A stretch of 54,613 nt of DNA, counting the filler, from Jimgerdemannia flammicorona (taxonomy: Eukaryota): the NCBI GenBank assembly GCA_003990765.1. It is 3 parts of 3 records of this genome, joined end to end, with 100 filler letters (N's around TTAATTAATTAA, not from the genome) between each part and the next. Parts side by side here need not be neighbours in the genome. Positions count along the whole stretch, not along the records: positions 18,240 to 36,377 come from RBNJ01002291.1; 2 more parts are not named here. One strand, given 5' to 3'. A program made the position numbers and the translations under genes. The notes under the pieces were generated by a model that saw nothing but the letters and a program-made list of their open reading frames with translations, did not search any database and was not told where the DNA came from. Positions 27,001 through 36,477 of the stretch are shown in pieces; positions within the stretch are counted from its first letter, which is position 1, and each line of letters starts with the position of its first letter.

Positions 27001-27945
27001 TTCCAGAGCCTTGGCGATCACCATCTTAGTCTCCTGCCTGCTCAGCATCAGCAGTCCTTCTACCACCAACCTCACTGCATGTGGGTCCCATCTCAAGCAC
27101 CTCGCCATCCCCACCTTAACATTCTTAACCATCAATCCCTTCTTCAAGGCCTTCACTATAGCCTCCTCCTCAACGAATCTGACCTCCACTGCCTCTGCCG
27201 AGGGGATAAACCTCAGTGACTCAGCCCCCACAACCTCCTCACCCACCAGTCATAGAACTTCCTTGGCTGATAGACCAAGGCCCAAGAAGTTGGCAGAGAC
27301 TGCCCACGATGACACTGACTTATGGAAAAATGGTTGTACCACCAGCTTCCTAGTTTCTGCTGCCAGGGTTGCCTTGTTCTTGCTACTAGATATGCCAGCT
27401 ACTATCTCGCTAGAAGCTACTGCACCACCAGCAGTCCCACCTCCAGCCACCAGCCCAGCCCCAGGAAAGCCAGTCCCAGCCATTACACCCCTAGACCCCT
27501 GACCCCTGCTGGGCCCCTGGCCAGTCAGCTGACCAGTCACCTGATGTCCACCCCTGTCAACACTATGCCCCTGCTGCCCCCCAACTGTAGGCCTAGCGGC
27601 TGCCTGCTTACTCCCCACCACCATGTGCCAACCACCCAATCCTGCCACTGATCCATGACCCCCTGTTTGCCCTCCAGCCCCACCTTGACCAGCTGCCACC
27701 GCAAAACTCTTGGGGAGGCCCAGGCCAGGCCTCCTCCTCTCTAGGCGCTCTGAGCTTGATGAGTCTTGGGTCACCATACCACGGAAACTTGACAGATTTT
27801 GATGAAACTTGCTGTGAATTGTTGCCAGACTTCTGCCGCACCTTGCACACCAGTATGAACGAAGTGAAAACTTGAAAACATGTTGCTTTTCGCAAAAGGT
27901 TGCCTGTGTGGCTTAGCTTGCTCTGAATGGTTTTGTAAAGCAGCA
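24041..27945 (-). mobile_element. LINE-B: same family, interrupted in RT by LINE-A
   Basis: ORF1 from 27777, ORF2 from 25895 (SININGL, WSDH, SPGEDGL, QEKAYDRVWW), ending at the LINE-A 5' end. Confidence 0.92.
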
Positions 27946-27964
27946 GTTTTAGTTCAGTTCTTGA

Positions 27965-28392
27965 TATAAGAATCAAGTCCCCCCCCCACATACACACATT
28001 CCCCTGAGTCTTAGTAATGACATCTAAGTGACTCTAGTGTTTCTGACTAAACTCCAGAAGCCTAGCTAACTTCTGCCAGAACTGAGACTGATATATAAAT
28101 CTCCAAAGACTTAAGTAAACCCATTGAACCTGAATTCCAAGGTGAATTCAGTCTGTGCACAGCAAAGAACAAGACCCTTGAAATAGGGCACAAGAGAAAG
28201 ACCTTTGAAACAGAAGGCAAATCAGAGAAAGACCTTTGAAAGATAAGGCACTGCCACTATAACTACTTATAAGCAAGCACTTCCTCAAACTGAAGGCTTC
28301 TTGGTACACATTGTGTACTAAGTCCCTAAGTAATAGTCCACTTCCCTAATTATCCAAAGGATATGAGAGAGGTAGAAGTGAGAGTTATTACA
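27965..28392 (+). mobile_element. 5' LTR of Ty3/gypsy element 2, with PBS at ~28396
   Basis: tataag (eroded TGTAAG)...TTACA, TATATAAA at ~28092, followed by act-TGGTAGCAGCGG. Confidence 0.65.
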
Positions 28393-30339
28393 ACTTGGTA
28401 GCAGCGGTTTACCAGCCAAGAAGGCACCAAAGAACACACTCCTGAAGTTGGAACAAGACCAACCTTAGACAGGAGTAATCCCCAGAACCGACTGTGGATC
28501 CTCAAACCAGAGCCAGAGAAGCCCTTGCCATTAGGACCAGGTGGTACCAGGAAACCACAGACACAGAGACCCATCAGCTTGTAATTGACCAGGCTTACAA
28601 GGATCTATACTAGGCCTTTAGGACATACCACCCAGGACTTAGGAATATTGCTAGCTGCCGTAGGTTCTACAAACTCCTCCGAGGACACATTGAAACCACT
28701 AGGACCCCCAAATCTAGCTGTAGCCATCCAGGATTTTTTAGATTATATTACACCCCCTGCTGTAAAAGAAGCAGCTACTGAGTGGATTGCCTATGACAGA
28801 TACCATCATACTCCTACTAAGACCTCCCTCTACTATAGGCTAGTTGTATACTATGCCTCTGCCATAACTAGGTATGAGAATGAGCAAGCAGGCCACCCAT
28901 CCCCTACTGCTGAACAAGGAGTAGGCCCATCTACTCAGCCAGAGACTGATATTCTCTTTGAAGGACCTAGTAAGTACGAGGATGCACTATCTCATCAGAA
29001 AAGGGAGTCAGACGAAGACTCCACAGGTTACCAGTCTGACGATAGCCAATGAGGAATAGCAGGCCTAGAAATTTACCAAGAGACTACAGGTCAAGAAGAT
29101 CAGACCCCAGAACCAATCCAGCCACCTATACAGAGGTTTGGTTTACCCTCTCTCACAGGACTCTTTGACTTAATATCTGGGAACCAAGTAACCCCAAGTC
29201 ATACAGCACTATAACCCCACCAAGCAGAACAATCTTCAGGAGAATCTACCCCAACAGGCCCACCACCACTAGTCAAAACAATGGTAGATACCAACATTAC
29301 AGCACTGACCACCCAGCTAGCAGCACTAGCAGGAATAGTAGGACAAATTGCTGAATAGAACAAACCAACCAAGACCTTGTGAATTCCAACATTCAGTGGA
29401 AAAAACAGTGACATCGAAAACTTCATCAATGCAGTTAACATAGGTTACTGAGCAAACCAATGGAATGACAACTGAGTACCTATAGGAATACTCACCAACA
29501 ACCAGAACAGCACCCTTCAACAGCTGTTTGCCACATCAGCAGCACAAGTAGAAACAGTAGCCATATTCTTCACTAGAACAGCAGCTGAATTCTGGCAAAT
29601 CTTGGAACAACACCCAGTAACCTGGGAAGCCCGCCCTCAAGTCAATGGACAAGTACCTGGCAACAATAGACTAGGTTGGGATGACTACGAAGCAGACCCA
29701 GGACTCAAGGCCTTGCTACTGACCAAATTCCAAAATGCAGCCTACATATAAGAAACTTGGAACAAACTGTCCCAGATGAAGTTCCACAAGAATGGCGAAG
29801 AAGATCTAGAGACCTTTGCCACCAGAATGGATGCCTATCTCAAAACTGTTGGACTTACCTATCAGGAGAACAATTTGGCCATCAATGGTACCAGAGCCAA
29901 CCATCTCTTTGCAGCCCTACCAGACTGACTCACCCAGAAGATCAAGGAACAAGGTCTTCCCCAAGGATGTCCCCACTACTCATGGTGCTTTGCCCAAGTA
30001 CAAAGAAGAGCCCACGAAATCCTTGCTGCACAAGCCCTACAAAATCAAGAACACAAGAAGGATAACCAAGATAGGAGAAATCCTACCAGGAGAAATGATC
30101 AAAGGAATGACCAAAAATATGATCAATGGAATGATCAAAGGAACCAGCGAAATCCCAGAGGACCTGGACCTCTCACTAAGGATGAAAAGAAGCAGCTCCA
30201 CGAAAAGGAATTGTACTTCATCTGTAAGAAGGCAGGACACATCTCAGTCAGATGCCCTAAGAAGAGAAACAGATCAGGCAAACCCAGTAACCAGAACATT
30301 ACTGTTATTGGAGAAGGTCCAGAAAAGAAAAACCCTGAG

Positions 30340-30770
30340 AATGTCATCAAAGTACAGAAGATATGGTACAAGGCTACTATCCCCACTAAGGCCCACCCAA
30401 CCGATGCTGGATATGATCTCTACAGCAGCCAAGACCTCACCATCTCACCAAGCACCAATGCTACAGTGTGAACAGGAATTGCAATGCAAGCTCCCAGAGG
30501 TACATACATCCACCTTACTGAGCGAAGCAGCCTAGCCAAAGAGTTCAACATTGGGCTAGGTGGAGGAGTAGTTGACCAAGGATTTACTGGTGAAATCTGT
30601 GTCATCTTGCGAAATTTTGGAGACACCTCATTTGAAGTCAAAACAGGCCAAAGGATTGCCCAAGCAATCATTGAAGAAATCCATCAAGATCTCACCATTG
30701 AAGAAGTCCCCAAACTCTCTCAGACAGACCGTGGCAAGAAAGGGTTTGGATCTACCAACAAACCTCCCAG
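30340..30770 (+). pseudogene. Retrotransposon dUTPase in the gag frame, upstream of protease
   Basis: All five trimeric dUTPase motifs are recognisable. One TGA (likely from CGA). Confidence 0.92.
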
Positions 30771-32591
30771 TCAAAAAGGTCACTACCACGAAGGAAGATG
30801 ATGAAAACTGGTACAAGAGAATTGCAGATGGTTATGCACCATGTGGATGATGCCCTCATTCTATTTGAATGTACTGCATGGAACATGTTAGTGAATGCCA
30901 TGCATGTCTCTCCAAAGTTTTCAAAATTCAATCCGAGAAACGCCAAGCTCAACAGACTGAGGAACCCAAACAAGACAACCCTCCTTGTGAAGGATGGGGA
31001 GAAACTGACTTTGAGGAGACTGACAGCAATTGGGACAACAATGAGGATGAAGAGCTCAATACCATCAAGAAGGAGGACAGTTACATCAAGTTCACAGGCC
31101 AAGTCTACAGACAGAATGTCAATATCTTGCTTGATAGTGGTGCTACTGGAAACTACATCAGTACCAAGACTGCCAAGAGGATTGGAGCCCAAAGCAGACC
31201 CACTACTGAGAAAAGAAGTGTTACCTTTGATGATGGAAAGACTGTATCATTGACCAAGATCTGTGAAGACCTTTTGCTCAAGATTAGCAAATATCAAGAG
31301 AAGTTGGACTTCAGCATTGTAGACCTTCCAGGACAAGACATTATCCTAGGAAAAGCCTGGTTGACCCAGCACAACCCAGACATCAACTAGAGAACCAATG
31401 AGGTTAATCTGACCCATGAAGGCAGAAAAATCACCCTGACACCCCAGGAAGGTACCAACCACCAAGAAATCGAAATCATCTCTGCCATTCAAATGAAGAG
31501 ACTCTCTCGAAAAAAGGGAAATACCTACTTCATCTGTACAGTACAAGAAGTCACTGAAGCTACAAGTAGCCCAATTCCAACAGAAGCTCAAGAACTGTTT
31601 GAAGAATTCCAAGATGTATTCCAAGATCCTCAAGAACTTCCACCCAAGTACCAAATCCAACATGGAATTGATCTTATTCCAGGATCTGAACCCCTATATA
31701 AGAGTATCTACCAACTGGCCCAACCTGAGCTCAAGACTCTCAAGGATGAATTGACCAAACTACTGGCCCAAGGATACATTGAACCCAGCCACTCTCCATT
31801 TGGAGCCCCCATTCTATTTGTCAAGAAGAAGGATGGCTCTCTGCAAATGTGTATTGATTACAGAGCCCTCAACAAGATCACTATCAAGAACCAGTATGCC
31901 TTGCCCAGGATTGATGAGTTGCTACACCAAATCTTCAAGGCCAAGACCTTTTCTCTACTGGATTTGTGAAATGGCTACCACCAGATTCTCATTGATGAGA
32001 AGGACATTGAGAAGATAGCTTTCCGAACACGGTTTGGACACTACCAGTTCTGAGTCATGCCTTTTGGATTGACCAATGCACCAGCAATATTCTAGTATCT
32101 GATGAATGATATCTTTAGACCACTCCTCAATATCTGTGTCCTTGTATATATTGATGATATATTAATCTATAGTGAGACAGTAGAGCTACACTACACCCAC
32201 CTTAGACAAGTACTGATCCTTCTGCAAGAACACCAGCTCTATGCCAAGATGAGCAAGTGTAAGTTCAATCAAGACTAGATCGAGTACTTAGGACACATCA
32301 TCTCTGCTGAAGGTATCAATGTGGACCCCTGAAAGGTATCAGCCCTTAAGAATATCCCTATCTCTACTACCCTCAAGCTACTCCAGTACTTTCTGGGTAT
32401 TGCCAGTTATTACTGAAGGTTTATCCAAGGATATTCTGCTATTGCAGCTCCATTAACCAGTCTGGCCCGCAAAGGAGTGAATATCAAAGCTGAATAGACC
32501 CCTGAATGCACCCTGGCTATAGACCATCTCAAGAGACTCCTTACTGAGATCCCAGTGCTAATTGCACCTGACCCTACCAGACCATTCACTT

Positions 32592-33414
32592 GAGGAGGAA
32601 GAAGGCCCAACGGGAGCCAAGGGAGCGAACCCAGAGCCAGTGTCAAAGCGAACGGAAGACATGTGGAAAGGTATGTATAAGGGGGACGAACAAAGAATGT
32701 AACTGAAATTGCATCAGGCGTTTATTGCCACGTAAAAATGCGGTCCTTATATACAAAATACGACATCCCAAAAGGGAGGACGTGCCACAAGTCGGGGCGA
32801 ACCGAATTAGGAACCACATGACCGCCGGAGATAAGCGGAGATAAGAGGGGAGCCAATCCCAGTTGCAGGATGAAAATCACAAACAAACACAAACAAAACA
32901 AATCCAAATCGAGATTAAAAAACATCCTTGCCCCCTCCGGGGTCTCGCGCTCGCTCCGGGGTCTCGGCCTTACTCCGCTCCCCTCCGCTGCCTTCGGTCC
33001 CTCGCTTCGCTCGAGCTCGCTGTGGCTCGCTCCGTTTCGGCCTCACCCCTTGCTCACGCTCACCCCTCCGGGGTCTGCGGATGTTTTTTAATCTTGATTT
33101 GGATTTGTTTTGTTTATGTTTGTTTGTGATTTTTATCCTGCAACTGGGATTGGCTCCCCTCTTATCTCCGCTTATCTCTGGTGGTCATGTGGTTCCTAAT
33201 TCGGTTCGCCCCGACTTGTGGCACGTCCTCCCTTTTGGGACGTCATATTTTGTATATAAGGACCGCGTTTTTACGTGGCAATAAACGCCTGATGCAATTT
33301 CAGTTATGTTCTTTGTTCGTCCCCCTTATACATGCCTTTCCACATTTCTTCCGTTCGCTTTGACACTGGCTCTGGGTTCGCTCTCTTGGCTCCCGCTGGG
33401 CCTTCTTCCTCCTC
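32592..33414. repeat. 336-bp inverted repeat (32592-32927 / 33079-33414) with 151-bp GC-rich spacer
   Basis: Arms align without gaps, 14 mismatches by manual comparison. Confidence 0.97.
33253..33259 (+). promoter_or_regulatory. Candidate TATA box for PLE ORF1 (mirrored at 32747-32753)
   Basis: TATATAA ~75 nt upstream of the ATG at 33332. CCAAT (minus strand) and tandem CTTATC (GATA) sites lie further upstream in the arm. Confidence 0.45.
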
Positions 33415-34564
33415 TGCTGTACCGCCTGCCCTCGGGGCCTCCGTCCTTGTCAACAAGCTCATGGATGAGGTTCTTCCTCCTCCTCCTCCCCCTGCCTTCA
33501 CCCCCGCCACTGTCTCGTTCGAGACCTATATCTTGTCCGCCATCCTTTCCCTCCCCCTGGACCTTCATCCTTCTGGTCGTCCGCTCCTCTCCCAATTTCA
33601 GTCGGTTCTTGCCCTCTCTGCCAAGGAGGCTCGCCTCCGCCGTGACGTCGACGTCGTCGCTCCACCCGCCATTCGTTATTCCATTCTCCCCGAGGCCCGC
33701 TGCCAAGCTCTCTCTGAAGAGGTTCGTGCCGCCACTGCCGCCGCCAAGCTTGCTGCCGCTGATGCCGCCGCTACTTCCGCTGCCACCGCCTCTACCTCCT
33801 TCCAACGTGCCTGTGCCGCTTTCATGGCCTTCGCCTCCTCTTGCCTCTCGGATGCTGCCCCTTTCTGTTGCTTTGCCATCCATGAAGTTCCTTCTGTCGC
33901 CGCCGACATCGATGCCGTACGTCGTTTCCTCCTCGCCGGCACTTCCTTCGTTGCTCGTCTCCACGAACAAGAGTCGTCTCGCACCGCCGCTTCTGCTCGC
34001 GCTACCGCCACTGCTCCCCTTCCCGCCTCCCCTGAGGTTTCGGTCTCCGAGGCCATTCGCGCCGAGGCTCGTGCTGCTGCTCATGCTGAGGTTCGTTCCT
34101 TCACCACTGCCGCTGCCAAGGCCCCCTCCAAGACCCCCGCCAAGACCCCCGCCAAGCCCAACCAGGCTTCGTCGGCCTCTTCTCGGTCCCCCTCCCCAGC
34201 CAAGGCCTCCTCCTCCTCTGTTCCCCCTGCCCCCAAGCATGGCCGCCAACTTGGTTCTCACCCTGTCGGGGCCTGGCCTTGTGCCGTCTGCTCTGGTCAC
34301 CTCCACCATGCCTACTGGCACCCGGCCAAGTCCGTCTGCCCCCATGGTGGTGTTCCTTGCGCTGCTGCCCATTCGGCTGCTCGCTCGCCTTCCGTCTCCT
34401 CCGCCGGTTCCTCCTCCGCCTCCTCGACCCGTGTCCCTGAATGCAAGGGCTGCATGAAGGCCTGTGGCCGCAAGGTCTGGCACTCTGATGGGGTGTGCTC
34501 CCATTCGTCGGGTTCGCCACCTTCAAAAAAAGTCAGAGGGAAGGGGAAGACCTCCCGCTCTTAA
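33332..34564 (+). CDS. PLE ORF1, 410 aa: Ala-rich helical region, Cys/His-rich C-terminus, basic NLS-like tail
   Basis: Uninterrupted ORF with consistent NNC/NNT codon use. CAVCSGHLHHAYWH..CPH...C, CKGCMKACG...H...C and PPSKKVRGKGK. Confidence 0.8.
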   Translation: MPFHISSVRFDTGSGFALLAPAGPSSSSAVPPALGASVLVNKLMDEVLPPPPPPAFTPATVSFETYILSAILSLPLDLHPSGRPLLSQFQSVLALSAKEARLRRDVDVVAPPAIRYSILPEARCQALSEEVRAATAAAKLAAADAAATSAATASTSFQRACAAFMAFASSCLSDAAPFCCFAIHEVPSVAADIDAVRRFLLAGTSFVARLHEQESSRTAASARATATAPLPASPEVSVSEAIRAEARAAAHAEVRSFTTAAAKAPSKTPAKTPAKPNQASSASSRSPSPAKASSSSVPPAPKHGRQLGSHPVGAWPCAVCSGHLHHAYWHPAKSVCPHGGVPCAAAHSAARSPSVSSAGSSSASSTRVPECKGCMKACGRKVWHSDGVCSHSSGSPPSKKVRGKGKTSRS

Positions 34565-36377
34565 ACTTCCCCCTGGCCTGGTTCTCCCCCGGTGTCCCTG
34601 TCCCTTCTCGGATCCCATCGTCGCTTCTGGTGTGCCCTGAGTGGTTCCTCATGTTGTCCCCCCTTCACCTTTCCCAGTTGCTTGTCTCGAACTTTCGGGT
34701 TTATTCTTCTCTTAGAATACTTTTGTCTCCTCCTTTCTCTTCGGCTGACTGCCCTCTTTCTCCTCTTCAAGTCTTTGCCTTATCTTTGGGTCCTCGCTTT
34801 GTTTTTCCTGCGACTCCCTCACAATTCTCCTTCACCGATCCGGCTTGTCTCACACGTTTTCGTCATGCTCTTGACCTTGCCATCTTTTTCAAAGATCGTG
34901 GTGAGATGCCCTCTTGCTATTTTGTTCCTAGTGATTGGGTCCCCCCTCCCAATGTCTCTTCACACTGCGTATTCCTCGACATGGCTTGCTCATTGTCCGT
35001 TCCTGGATGCGCTCACTCTTGCTTGGTTTCGGACCGTGCCGTGCGTACCACGCTTAAATCGGTCAAGCAATTGCCTTTGCATTTGCTCACAGTCACTGAT
35101 AAGAATCAGGGTTTTGCACTTATTCCTAAGTCGCTCTACCTTGATGGCCTTTCTGCCCTCCTTCGAGCTGTGGCTTACGAGCCTAGCGCTCTTGGATTGG
35201 ATGAGGTTCTCACTCTTCTTCGGGTTTCTCTGGCTCATGCCAGATCGCTTTCAGATTCCCCATTCGCGAATCCCATTTTTAACTTCTTCCAGGACTCTTT
35301 GTCCTCTTCAGACATTTGTCTTCCGGTTTTTTATGCCCTTCCTAAAGTTCACAAGCCTATTTTGGCTTGGCGTCCTATTACGGCTGCTTATAATTCCCCC
35401 ACTACTGAGATTTCCAAGTGGTTATCCCGCTTCTTTCTCTCTTGGATGGCTCTTTTACAACACCGTCTTGGGCCTGAGTACACTATTCTTCGTGATACTC
35501 AGGAGCTCGCACTTCTCTGCTCCACCATTGTGCCTGTTCACCACTTCTCCCATTTGGCCTCTGGTGATTTCTCCTCCTTCTACACTGCTATTCGTTTTGA
35601 TGAGATTGATGATTGCCTTCATTTCTTGGGTTCCATTGTGTTTTCTTTGGACTCTCCGGTTTCGTTGGCTTCTATCATTGAGCTTACACTCCTCGTCTGC
35701 GGCTCTAATTATTTTGAGTCGGCCCTTGGCTCTTTTCACCAGACTTCTGGTATTGCCGTGGGTACGAATTGTGCCCCCACCCTTGCTAATCTTATTGGCC
35801 TGGCCCATGAACTTCGTGCGATACGTGATCCTCTTTCACCTCTTTCCATCGCGTTCCGGGCTGGGGATATCGTCTTTCGCCGATACATCGATGACTTTAT
35901 TGTCCTTGCTGTTGCTGGTATCGATATCCCTAGTGTGTTTCAGGGCGTCTACCCTCCCCATCATTCCATTACTTGGGTTTGTGGTACGACAGATATTCCC
36001 TTTTTGGACCTTTCAATTTCTCTTTCTCCCTTTCGAACAGTTGTCTATTCTCGCTTTCCGCGTTCTCAACAGTTCCCTGACTTCTTGTCCAACCATCCTC
36101 GTCACACTCTTCTTGAATGTGTTCGTGGTGAGGCTCGTCGTCTTGCACTTTGCTGCTCCCGTCGTTCTGATTGGGTGTCTGCTGTTCGGGTTCTTGGCAA
36201 CTTCGTCATCCATCATTGTGCCTACCCAATTTCTATCATTCGTGACCTGCTTGCTTCAGTTGAATGGTCTGTTGTTCGTTCTTCCCTCCTCTCTCCTCTT
36301 TACCCCCCCTCCCTTCCCTCCCTCCCCCCTTACCCTCTCCGTACCCCCTCTTCTTTCCCACCCCCAATTCTTGTTGT
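34495..36377 (+). CDS. Penelope-like reverse transcriptase, 3' partial (first ATG 34651; possibly reached by -1 frameshift)
   Basis: PLE motifs TDKNQG, FYALPKVHK...RPI, GDFSSFYTAI, QTSGIAVGTNCAPTLANL, RYIDD, PFLDLSI and thumb SNHPRH...RRL..CS...YP. No stop codon before the gap. Confidence 0.93.
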
Positions 36378-36477
36378 NNNNNNNNNNNNNNNNNNNNNNN
36401 NNNNNNNNNNNNNNNNNNNNNTTAATTAATTAANNNNNNNNNNNNNNNNNNNNNNNNNNNNNNNNNNNNNNNNNNNN
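36378..36477. other. Assembly gap with artificial six-frame-stop linker
   Basis: N44-TTAATTAATTAA-N44. Confidence 0.97.

Larger units (their letters stand above)
27965..32591 (+). mobile_element. Ty3/gypsy element 2: long gag-knuckle, dUTPase, Cys/His module, protease, RT; broken at the RNase H start by the Penelope-like insertion
   Basis: IPTFSG gag, YFICKKAGHISVRC knuckle, dUTPase (DAGYDLYS, RSSLA, GVVDQGFTGEI, RIAQAII, RGKKGFGST), [34 protein letters not shown]. Ends at PDPTRPFT. Confidence 0.95.
32592..36377 (+). mobile_element. Penelope-like retroelement (two ORFs, no endonuclease visible; 3' end lost in gap)
   Basis: PLE-type RT (see CDS), upstream ORF1, A-poor sense strand, CpG retained, inserted in gypsy element 2. 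Confidence 0.9.

Noticed and set aside
18653..27651. Many plus-strand ORFs over LINE-A/B (e.g. 22703-23614) and opposite-strand ORFs over LINE-D
   Set aside because: Antisense shadows of G-rich LINE coding sequence.
28585..29052. Separate ORF upstream of gag in gypsy element 2
   Set aside because: In frame with downstream gag across TGA/TAA stops that look like C>T mutations, so it is more likely a long gag N-terminus.
33286..33310. Possible hammerhead ribozyme core in the PLE arm (cctgatgc)
   Set aside because: The core needs CUGANGA plus a downstream GAAA with stems, which are absent. A ribozyme could still lie in the unsequenced 3' end.
32592..36377. Telomere-associated (Coprina-type) insertion
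   Set aside because: No telomeric repeat tract at the visible junction, which is gypsy pol. The other end is in the gap.
33306..36433. Long overlapping ORFs 33306-34457 (+), 34592-36433 (+) and 33326-34504 (-)
   Set aside because: Low-complexity Leu/Pro or Gly/Arg shadows. Stops are rare because the strand is A-poor and codon use is biased. No motifs.
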